A stretch of DNA of 32,000 nucleotides, taken from positions 330,001 through 362,000 of the forward strand of contig NC_005072.1 in the NCBI RefSeq assembly GCF_000011465.1, read 5' to 3'. Position numbers and translations under genes: made by a program. The notes below the pieces were generated by a model. That model saw only the letters and a program-made list of their open reading frames with translations. It did not search any database and was not told the DNA's origin. Below are positions 17,670 through 24,690 of the stretch, piece by piece. Each line of letters starts with the position of its first letter. Position 1 is the first letter of the stretch. The DNA comes from Prochlorococcus marinus subsp. pastoris str. CCMP1986. Lineage in GTDB: Bacteria > Cyanobacteriota > Cyanobacteriia > PCC-6307 > Cyanobiaceae.

Positions 17670-18045
17670 AATAGCAAAGAACACTATCAGCTTTAATTGA
17701 TTCTTCAATTAGTAAATCAGGCATAGCAAACTCTGCTTTATATCCATTTAGAAGCTTCTCATCGTAACCTCTAGATTTGGCTGACATTCCTGAGACATAT
17801 ATGGTAACTTTTGAATTTTTTAAATTTTCAAGATGTTCGTATAAATCTCCAGTACCTTGACCAACTATTTCTCCAGCTTGTTTGCAATTTAATATGTCTA
17901 CTCCGTCTCCTGCCAGAAAAAGAGTTACTTTATGATCGTTTTTTTCTGCAGTAAGTGCAACAAGTAAACCTAAAGTTATTTTATTTTGGGATTCTAAACC
18001 GCTATAAATATGCACTAGCACTGTATTGTCGGTAATGATAGACAT
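17668..18045 (-). CDS. DsrE/DsrF-like family protein
   Basis: 125 aa with an LVHIYSG...LGLLVALTAEKNDHKVTLFLAGDGV Rossmann-like start and a C-terminal ...ADSVLCY. This resembles the DsrE-fold sulfur-relay/YrkE-type small proteins. Confidence 0.55.
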   Translation of the reverse strand: MSIITDNTVLVHIYSGLESQNKITLGLLVALTAEKNDHKVTLFLAGDGVDILNCKQAGEIVGQGTGDLYEHLENLKNSKVTIYVSGMSAKSRGYDEKLLNGYKAEFAMPDLLIEESIKADSVLCY

Positions 18046-18222
18046 TTAAATCTCCCTAGAATTCAGTTATTTAATCTTAAAAAATTCTATCTTTATTAGC
18101 TGCATTTTTTATGAAACCCTTACCACTGGCAAAGCTAATTATTAGTAATTGAGATTCAATCTGAATTGAAGGGCAATTAGCTTCTTTTTTTCTTAATATT
18201 GAATTAAAAAGTATTCAAATTT

Positions 18223-18627
18223 ATGAGATCTCTTTTATTCTTACCTTTACTTTTTGGTTTCTCAGGACCAGCTATTGCAGATTCAGAAGTATTTAAAATA
18301 GATGTATCAGCAGAGAGTTATCGAAACTATATTCTTAGTGGAACTGATAGGAATGGATCTGTAAGTGGGGAAGATCCTACCGTTACACTGAATAAAGGAG
18401 ACACAATTATTTTTGATGTTGATGCATCTCGTCATCCGTTCTATATAAAGACTGAATTTTCTCGTGGAGGTGGTGATCAGGTAATCACAGGGACAATTTC
18501 TGGAACTCCTGGAACGCAAAATGGAAAACTATCATGGAATACCACGGGCGTATCAGCAGGTAAATACTTTTATGTTTGTTCTCCGCATGCATCTTTTGGA
18601 ATGGGCGGGACAATTATTGTTGAATAA
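18223..18627 (+). CDS. secreted cupredoxin (type-1 blue copper protein-like)
   Basis: Signal peptide MRSLLFLPLLFGFSGPAIA. Candidate ligand set HPF...C-SP-H-ASFG-M (YFYVCSPHASFGM = Cys-x2-His-x4-Met), typical of plastocyanin/azurin-type sites. Confidence 0.75.
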   Translation: MRSLLFLPLLFGFSGPAIADSEVFKIDVSAESYRNYILSGTDRNGSVSGEDPTVTLNKGDTIIFDVDASRHPFYIKTEFSRGGGDQVITGTISGTPGTQNGKLSWNTTGVSAGKYFYVCSPHASFGMGGTIIVE

Positions 18628-18631
18628 ATAA

Positions 18632-18781
18632 ATGAAACGCTTACTACTTACTCCTATATTTAAATGTTTTAAAAAGAGTGCTTTTTTCTCATCACTTAAT
18701 CAGAATACTTGTCCTGTTTATGATGCTGAAGAAATAAAAAAACAAGAACAAAAAGAAGCTATTAATAAGTTATATCCATAA
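18632..18781 (+). CDS. mini-ORF (49 aa) co-transcribed with the cupredoxin
   Basis: ATG lies 5 nt after the cupredoxin stop. Hand translation: MKRLLLTPIFKCFKKSAFFSSLNQNTCPVYDAEEIKKQEQKEAINKLYP. Its stop overlaps the terminator. Confidence 0.35.
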   Translation: MKRLLLTPIFKCFKKSAFFSSLNQNTCPVYDAEEIKKQEQKEAINKLYP

Positions 18782-18807
18782 AAAAAGGGCGTTAAGAACG
18801 CCCTTTT
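18781..18807 (+). terminator. Rho-independent terminator (bidirectional shape)
   Basis: AAAAAGGGCGTTAAGAACGCCCTTTTT: a GC-rich 6-bp stem with an A-run and a T-run on either side. Confidence 0.7.
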
Positions 18808-18819
18808 TAAAAGCTAGAT

Positions 18820-18967
18820 CATCCCCATCACCCAGCCTTTATAAAATCATAGCACTACATATGGTGTTTGACTGTAATATTTCTTGCTTTAGGTGGGGTT
18901 GTTTATTTCTATTTTATTTGCCATGATAGAAATCCCCATCACCTAGACTCGCAAGGGTCTTTTTTTT
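18820..18967 (+). promoter_or_regulatory. structured leader / attenuator-like element or sRNA upstream of the ABM-like gene
   Basis: ATCCCCATCACC occurs twice (18820-18831 and 18931-18942), with a single GGTGGGG (18891-18897). A long hairpin spans 18889-18944. Terminator AGACTC-GCAA-GGGTCT plus T9 (18944-18967) ends exactly at the ATG at 18968. Confidence 0.4.
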
Positions 18968-19357
18968 ATGCCTAGTTTTGGATCAGACACTCCATTTATG
19001 CTTCTTGCAAAATTAAAGATTAAGGAAGATAAAGTTGCCGAATATTTAGAAATTGCTGATAAGACAGATAAGGCTGTTGAAGCAGACGAACCAGGAATGC
19101 TTCATCATACTTTTGATCAAGATCCAGACGATCCACTTTGTTTTGTATGGTCAGAAGTTTATAAAAACGATGATGCTTTACTTGCACATTTAGCTAATCC
19201 AGCAGTAGGTGAATATCTTGAAGCTCATGCTGAGTTAGGGACTGATTTTTCTGTTGAATTTTACGGGACTGTGGGAGATAAAGTGATTGAAGCTATGAAA
19301 GGAACTGGGGTTCCTTTTAAAGTCTTCAAAACACAATTCGGTTATAGCAGGTTTTAA
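18968..19357 (+). CDS. ABM (antibiotic biosynthesis monooxygenase)-like dimeric alpha/beta-barrel protein
   Basis: LLAKLKIKEDKVAEYLEIADK...CFVWSEVYKNDDALLAHL fits the ABM-domain pattern. The true start may be ATG 18998 (MLLAKLKIK), because the first 10 codons abut the terminator T-run. Confidence 0.6.
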   Translation: MPSFGSDTPFMLLAKLKIKEDKVAEYLEIADKTDKAVEADEPGMLHHTFDQDPDDPLCFVWSEVYKNDDALLAHLANPAVGEYLEAHAELGTDFSVEFYGTVGDKVIEAMKGTGVPFKVFKTQFGYSRF

Positions 19358-19382
19358 GGTTAGTGAAATAGCTAATTATTTA

Positions 19383-19691
19383 TTACGCCGCTGTTTCTAT
19401 CTGATCTGTAACTGCAACGAACTCTTCATCAGTAAGAACAGGTGTTACTTCTATTTCATTTCCAAAGCCAGCACTCCAAGGCTGACACCACTGCCAAATT
19501 TTTGAATGGTCAGAAGCTTGAACTATTGCCCAACCATTAGCTCCCTGAGGATTTAAAACTCTATTTAAAACTTTGAATCCTTCGAAACTGTCATAGGGAG
19601 ATCCCTCTTTTACATAATCAGTAAATGTTTTGGTTGCTTTCATTGAAGCTTCCATTGATGGGAACTGCCATTGAACTATGTATGTTTGCAT
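19383..19691 (-). CDS. DUF3303-like protein (paralog 2 of 4)
   Basis: See 17296..17616. Convergent with the ABM-like gene across a 25-nt gap. Codon usage is visibly richer in G/C than neighbouring genes. Confidence 0.6.
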   Translation of the reverse strand: MQTYIVQWQFPSMEASMKATKTFTDYVKEGSPYDSFEGFKVLNRVLNPQGANGWAIVQASDHSKIWQWCQPWSAGFGNEIEVTPVLTDEEFVAVTDQIETAA

Positions 19692-20135
19692 AAAGTTTTT
19701 ATTGATTAGTTAACTAATTATGAACAAAATTTTTTAAAAGAAAATTGAAAGTTAAATAACGAATACCAAAATACAGACAGCTATGTTTAACAGCAAGCCT
19801 AAAGTTTGAGAATTAAATTTTATCTCTAATTTGCATGACTAAAGGATCAAAAAGAATCTTAGTCCTAGTGGCAACCACAAACATAGAAGAAGCATAAGTA
19901 ATAAAGAAATAGCATGGACATTTGGAATGTACCGCTCTTTAAAAATTTGTGTCTTCATAATCTATCTGGCTTTCCTAAGTTTGATTTCTCTTCTGACAAG
20001 TAAACCTAAAACTACAACACACATATTTATTAGAAAAACATCTAATGGCATTAAATAAAAAAAAGTATCTACTTAATTAATAGCAAGAATATTGGTATAT
20101 GAATCAAGAAAGAATCACTAAAATACTTAGACTAC

Positions 20136-20273
20136 TTATTCAGATTCTTTATGAAGTCTCTGAAAGAAACCTTCTCTTCTCCAATAATCTTCATATATAA
20201 GGTTTCTTTTTTGATAATCTAATGCGTTCATATTCTTGTCGAGTATGGCAAAAGGAGAATTAGTAAATTTCAT
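20136..20273 (-). CDS. mini-ORF (45 aa), paralog of 20803..20988
   Basis: Hand translation: MKFTNSPFAILDKNMNALDYQKRNLIYEDYWRREGFFQRLHKESE. It shares SPF.IL.K....LDY.K with MNLKTSPFSILNKERRELDYIKG. Confidence 0.45.
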   Translation of the reverse strand: MKFTNSPFAILDKNMNALDYQKRNLIYEDYWRREGFFQRLHKESE

Positions 20274-20425
20274 AGTAAATCCTAAAATAATTGTTTATTA
20301 AATATCTATTAGATATGAGATCTTTTATCTCGAATAACTAGATCCTCTATAAGTAAGCTTTATTGTCTTCTCTTCTTGGCTCTTGCAATATACAAATGAC
20401 TTGCCATTAAAATACATGTTTACCA

Positions 20426-20524
20426 TGATGCAGCTCCTGAACTTGCTCAAGTCCCCGTCCTTTGGCTTGAGTCGTACTGCGGTCTATCTAGTGGTAGATC
20501 GGACGATTTGGTAGCTGTAGCTAC
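20426..20524. other. G/C-rich structured island (three consecutive hairpins). Candidate ncRNA or foreign DNA remnant
   Basis: Hairpins CTCAAG/CTTGAG (20446-20471), GGTCTATCTA-GTGG-TAGATcGGAC (20481-20504) and GTAGCT/AGCTAC (20511-20524). The only ORF (29 aa) uses G/C-rich codons atypical of this window. Confidence 0.3.
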
Positions 20525-20588
20525 ACTTTATTTATAGAGTATTTGTACTCAATTGTCAATATATTTAGTTAAATTCAATATTCGGAGA

Positions 20589-20732
20589 TTAAGCAGATTC
20601 GGTTAATTTGTTCTTCATATCTTCAATTTTATTAATTAATTCATCTAACCATTTTGTATTATTTTCTGATCTTTCTTTTAAATATGAAATTTTTGGTTGA
20701 TTCATTTCATGTGTCTCGAAATCTCCGCTCAT
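20589..20732 (-). CDS. mini-ORF (47 aa)
   Basis: Hand translation: MSGDFETHEMNQPKISYLKERSENNTKWLDELINKIEDMKNKLTESA. Confidence 0.3.
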   Translation of the reverse strand: MSGDFETHEMNQPKISYLKERSENNTKWLDELINKIEDMKNKLTESA

Positions 20733-20802
20733 AAAATTTTTCCTTTTCTAAATTTTTTTATGTGATTAGTGAATTAATCAGCATCAATAATTAAATAAAT
20801 AA

Positions 20803-20988
20803 TTAGATAGAAATCCTGTCGATCATCAATACATCTTGGGTTTGTATTGTATCTCTCTTATTTTCATCCTCAGAATCTTTATAAGAATCGATTTCAGCTT
20901 GAACTCTTCTCTTATAAACTCCTTTTATGTAATCCAGTTCTCTTCTTTCTTTATTTAAAATTGAGAATGGTGAGGTTTTTAAGTTCAT
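20803..20988 (-). CDS. small protein, paralog of 20136..20273
   Basis: 61-aa track ORF. N-terminal 22 aa are about half identical to the 45-aa mini-ORF. Confidence 0.5.
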   Translation of the reverse strand: MNLKTSPFSILNKERRELDYIKGVYKRRVQAEIDSYKDSEDENKRDTIQTQDVLMIDRISI

Positions 20989-21015
20989 TAATAGCTCCTT
21001 TAAAATAATTTTGAA

Positions 21016-21153
21016 TTAACACCAGTTTTTATCAGATTCAATAAAAATATCTATAGTTTGCTGATTTCTGGTTTCTTCCTCTAGAAGTTCTTCTTCTGAT
21101 CTTTTTTGAATCTCGGAGTCATAAACTTCTTTTTTTGTTGGTGTGGTAGACAT
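21016..21153 (-). CDS. mini-ORF (45 aa, acidic)
   Basis: Hand translation: MSTTPTKKEVYDSEIQKRSEEELLEEETRNQQTIDIFIESDKNWC. Confidence 0.3.
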   Translation of the reverse strand: MSTTPTKKEVYDSEIQKRSEEELLEEETRNQQTIDIFIESDKNWC

Positions 21154-21525
21154 TTTGTTATGACAACTACTCATATGTTCTAACTAAATAGATAAGTAAT
21201 ACGATTAATAAAGATGTTCGGTTTGAGGTACTCCAATATACGGATAGAGGATCAACAATTAAATTTCAAAATGGTTAAAATTGGCAAGGTTTAAATAGAA
21301 TAAGATAAAATATTTACTATTTACGAGGTACCTAAATAAGTATTAATTCGCAGGTTTAATCATAATTGGGATTCACTTCTTAGCAATATTTTTCATTCGT
21401 AAACAATATTTTTTTTGAGTTTGTTATGTAAGTAATCAAATTTAAAACAAAATTTGGAGGTAAATCTAAAGGCTTTAAAGTAGTAAAACCATTCCTTGAG
21501 TTACATTAAAACCTTTATGTTCCAA

Positions 21526-21660
21526 TTAGCTAGGAAGTTGGTGTGTAGGTGGTGCATGAAATTTTCTCTTTTTTCTTTTTGATCTCTTGTAAATAACAAA
21601 AAGACCTAATCCTAATAAAGGAAATAATAAACCCTCTACAAATAAGGGAAAGTTAATCAT
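21526..21660 (-). CDS. mini-ORF (44 aa, single TM plus basic tail)
   Basis: Hand translation: MINFPLFVEGLLFPLLGLGLFVIYKRSKRKKRKFHAPPTHQLPS. Confidence 0.3.
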   Translation of the reverse strand: MINFPLFVEGLLFPLLGLGLFVIYKRSKRKKRKFHAPPTHQLPS

Positions 21661-21741
21661 AATCGTTACCCCTATGTAATCGTTATGGAATTATTTAGCC
21701 CAAAGTAACACTTTAATTATTATCGGTCGATCACTTGGGTC

Positions 21742-21846
21742 TCATGATTCAATTTTATGAGACCTTTTCCCTTTAAGAATCATCAATAAAGGCAAACCTA
21801 AAATCATCAGACCCCCATCTATCATTAAAAAAGTATTCAAACTCAT
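21742..21846 (-). CDS. TM mini-protein (34 aa), paralog of 31850..31945
   Basis: MSLNTFLMIDGGLMILGLPLLMILKGKRSHKIES versus MNLNTFLLIDGSLMLIGFPLLMILKGKKRTP. Confidence 0.5.
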   Translation of the reverse strand: MSLNTFLMIDGGLMILGLPLLMILKGKRSHKIES

Positions 21847-21855
21847 TTATTTATT

Positions 21856-22020
21856 TCATCTAAGTGGTATTCCTTTTTTTACGGTGTCTTTTTTCATATC
21901 GTCCATCTCTTCCATGATTTTGTTGTAAAAGGCTAGCTCTTCAGGATCCTTAGAACCGAGTCCATATTTCAATGTTGCAGCAAGATATATTCTGTGCTTT
22001 CGATATGAAGATAATGCCAT
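21856..22020 (-). CDS. small protein (54 aa), paralog of 31662..31853
   Basis: MALSSYRKHRIYLAATLKYGLGSKDPEELAFYNKIMEEMDDMKKDTVKKGIPLR versus MTLSSYRMHRIYLAATMGYGLGSDDPEEVAYYKKLRKEMDEMKKDVVKKGIPLT... Confidence 0.55.
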   Translation of the reverse strand: MALSSYRKHRIYLAATLKYGLGSKDPEELAFYNKIMEEMDDMKKDTVKKGIPLR

Positions 22021-22194
22021 AGACGACCTTAATTACTAAATCATATCTAACTTCTTTGTACGTTATATGTATCTCCCTTACCAAGGGGAGTAGTTGCTAG
22101 ATATAAGATAGTTATAGCAGTTATTTATAGCGAAAAATATATTAGATATTACTAAAATAGTGCAAAAACTAGTGCATAATAAGGTTAATCTGTT

Positions 22195-22527
22195 GTGCTT
22201 ATGCAAAAAAGAGCATCAAAATTAGAAACGGATTTCAGGATTAGAGAAGCTGCTGATCTTGTCATTGAAGGTCTAGCTTTTAGTTCAATTACGTCCTATA
22301 TGTCCAAAAAATATACCATTAGCAGAAGACAGGCTAGAAGGATAGCTGTTGATGCGTATAAAGTTATTAGAACTGATATCGAGGAAAGTGATTTAGATAG
22401 AAAAGAGATGACATCTAAATTAGTTTGTTTACTTGAGAATACAATGCACTTAGCGATGAAGGAAAAGCAATATTCTGCAGTTGCTACAAATGCGAGAGTA
22501 TTGATGAGGCTTATTAGGCTTGAATAG
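22195..22527 (+). CDS. small helix-turn-helix-like protein (phage-type DNA-binding / small-terminase- or excisionase-like)
   Basis: 110 aa. FSSITSYMSKKYTISRRQARRIAVDAYK looks like an HTH followed by a helical tail. GTG start; ATG at 22201. The family assignment is a guess. Confidence 0.4.
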   Translation: MLMQKRASKLETDFRIREAADLVIEGLAFSSITSYMSKKYTISRRQARRIAVDAYKVIRTDIEESDLDRKEMTSKLVCLLENTMHLAMKEKQYSAVATNARVLMRLIRLE

Positions 22528-22907
22528 TTATTTTGTATTTCTTAAATGGGATACTATGAGATTTTGTTAAATGTTTTAACAATAAATTTATAATTATTTT
22601 TTTATTTTTCTTTTACTAATGATTAATAATTTTTTTTCAACATAAAAAAATATTGATAATAATTAGATTCTTAAATTAATTCAAATTAAATATTTATAAT
22701 TTAATAATTAATATGCATTCAATTAATAATTTATACTAAATATAAATTTATTTAATTAAAGAAATAATCTCTTCTTGTCCAGTTGAAAACTATATTTCTA
22801 GGTCTTATTTAGATTAAAAAAATATTTCACAAAATTATAAATGAAAATGATTATTATTTTTAAAGCTAATTTATTTTGAAAACTAAATTATTAAATCTAA
22901 GAAAAAT

Positions 22908-22921
22908 GTATTTGTTAATAC
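22908..22921 (+). promoter_or_regulatory. NtcA-type binding site GTA-N8-TAC upstream of cynA
   Basis: GTATTTGTTAATAC. The hexamer AATACT (22944-22949) sits 22 nt after the box, which is the class-II NtcA promoter geometry. This implies a TSS about 20 nt before the ATG at 22975. Confidence 0.55.
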
Positions 22922-22974
22922 AACACAAGTGAAATTTAAAATAAATACTGGAGCTGTTATTAAATATTTAATTG

Positions 22975-24660
22975 ATGCTTAATCCAGTAAATAATTCTAC
23001 TAAAAAGTATAATTTTAAATGTGGTCCCTCATCTGCAGATAATTCAGATCAGTTCCAAGATAATTCTCAAAATTCATTAAATAATCTTTTAAATCCAGCT
23101 AATAATCATGGATATTTGTGTGCATGCGTTGAATGCAGACCAATAGGTAATGATCATGAAAACTTCATGTCAGATATGCCGGACGATCCAGTAGAGATAA
23201 TATCTGATTTTTCTCGCATGGGTCTTATCAAAAATCAGGCTTACGAAGTAGCTGATGCCATTTCTACTGCAGAAATGCGAGATCTTTTATTCTACAAAAA
23301 TGCATCTAATGGTGATCCTTATAAAGAGAAATTATTAAGAGAATTAGCTAAAGAGGCTGGTGGATTAGATCAAGCATTTAGAGCTGCCTTTGGACCTCAA
23401 GCAGGTAAGTTTTTTGCAAATACAAGGGCTTCATCTCCTATGGGTAGGAGAGCTTTTTTATCGAGTCTTGCAGCAGGTGCAGCTTTAATTACAGTAGCTT
23501 GTTCTAATCAAAATAAACCTACAAAACAACCTATTGATGATACACCGATAAATATTAATAACTTAGAAAAACAAACTTTACGAGTTGGTTTTATCCCAAT
23601 AACATGTGCTTCGCCAATCATTATGGCAGAACCAATGGGCTTTTATAACAAGTTTGGAATGGATGTCAAAGTTGTTAAAATGCCAAGCTGGGGAGCTGTA
23701 AGAGATTCTGCCATAGCAGGTGAATTAGATGCTTACCATATGCTAGCTCCGATGCCAATTTCTATGACTCTTGGTCTAGGAACTTCACCATTTAGCGTAA
23801 AACTAGCAAGTATTGAAAATATTAATGGTCAAGCAATTACTGTTGCTAATCGTCATAAAGGCAAAGTAAAAGGACCTGCGGATATGAAAGGCTTCATTTT
23901 TGGAGTCCCTTTCCCTTATTCAATGCATAATCTTCTTTTGAGATATTATCTTGCAAAAGGTGGTGTTGATCCAGATAAAGACGTTCAAATTCGTCCTGTT
24001 CCACCCCCAGATAGTATTGCTCAATTAGTTGCAGGTGATATTGATGCTTACTTAATGCCTGATCCATTTAACCAAAGAGCCGTTTATGAAGATGCAGGAT
24101 TCATTCATCTTCTTACAAAAGAATTATGGCCTGGTCATCCATGCTGTGCATTTGCAGCAGGAGAGCCTTGGATAAATGAGCACCCTGAAACTTTTAGAGC
24201 GCTCAATAAATCAATTATCGATGCGGCAGCCTATGTTTCAACACCTTCAAATAGAAAGGAGGTAGCTAAGGCTATTTCGGGAAGAGGTTTTTTAAATCAA
24301 CCTACTGAAGTTGTTGAAGCAGTTCTTACAGGTAAATTTGAAGACGGATTAGGTAAAACTCAAAACGTGCCTGACCGAATTGATTTTAAACCTTATCCTT
24401 GGCAGAGTTTTTCTCATTGGATACAATCTCAGCTTATAAGATGGGATCTAGGAGGGGCTGTAGCGGCTATTCAGGCTGGTGATTTTAACCCAAATAGTGC
24501 CTCTATTTTTCTAACTGATGAAGCTCAGGCATTAGAAAGAGAAATGGGAGGTAATCCACCTACCGCTAGGTTTAGAAAAGAAGTTTTGGCTTATGATGAA
24601 TTTGATCCAAGTAATCCAATCAAATATGTCAAAGATCAAATAAAAAGAGACGGTTTCTAA
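22975..24660 (+). CDS. cynA: cyanate ABC transporter substrate-binding lipoprotein (NrtA/CmpA family), long form
   Basis: LRVGFIPITCASPIIMAEPMGFYNKFGMDVKVVKMPSWGAVRDSAIAGELDAYHML is NrtA-like. The twin-arginine lipoprotein signal MGRRAFLSSLAAGAALITVAC begins at the internal ATG 23440. The 155 codons upstream are stop-free and in frame. Confidence 0.85.
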   Translation: MLNPVNNSTKKYNFKCGPSSADNSDQFQDNSQNSLNNLLNPANNHGYLCACVECRPIGNDHENFMSDMPDDPVEIISDFSRMGLIKNQAYEVADAISTAEMRDLLFYKNASNGDPYKEKLLRELAKEAGGLDQAFRAAFGPQAGKFFANTRASSPMGRRAFLSSLAAGAALITVACSNQNKPTKQPIDDTPININNLEKQTLRVGFIPITCASPIIMAEPMGFYNKFGMDVKVVKMPSWGAVRDSAIAGELDAYHMLAPMPISMTLGLGTSPFSVKLASIENINGQAITVANRHKGKVKGPADMKGFIFGVPFPYSMHNLLLRYYLAKGGVDPDKDVQIRPVPPPDSIAQLVAGDIDAYLMPDPFNQRAVYEDAGFIHLLTKELWPGHPCCAFAAGEPWINEHPETFRALNKSIIDAAAYVSTPSNRKEVAKAISGRGFLNQPTEVVEAVLTGKFEDGLGKTQNVPDRIDFKPYPWQSFSHWIQSQLIRWDLGGAVAAIQAGDFNPNSASIFLTDEAQALEREMGGNPPTARFRKEVLAYDEFDPSNPIKYVKDQIKRDGF

Positions 24661-24690
24661 TTTAAAAATTTTAATAAAAAAATAACTTAA

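Noticed and set aside
20481-20504. tRNA gene or fragment (D-arm-like TCTAGTGGTAGA)
   Set aside because: No anticodon stem, no GTTCRANYC T-loop and no acceptor-stem complement could be found on either strand. At most it is a short relic. No intact tRNA is visible anywhere in the window.
22560-22900. Extremely AT-rich stretch of about 340 bp with many short TAAT/AATT repeats as a possible tandem-repeat or origin-like element
   Set aside because: I could not define a consistent repeat unit or any DnaA-box-like motifs. It is best treated as a low-complexity promoter-upstream spacer.
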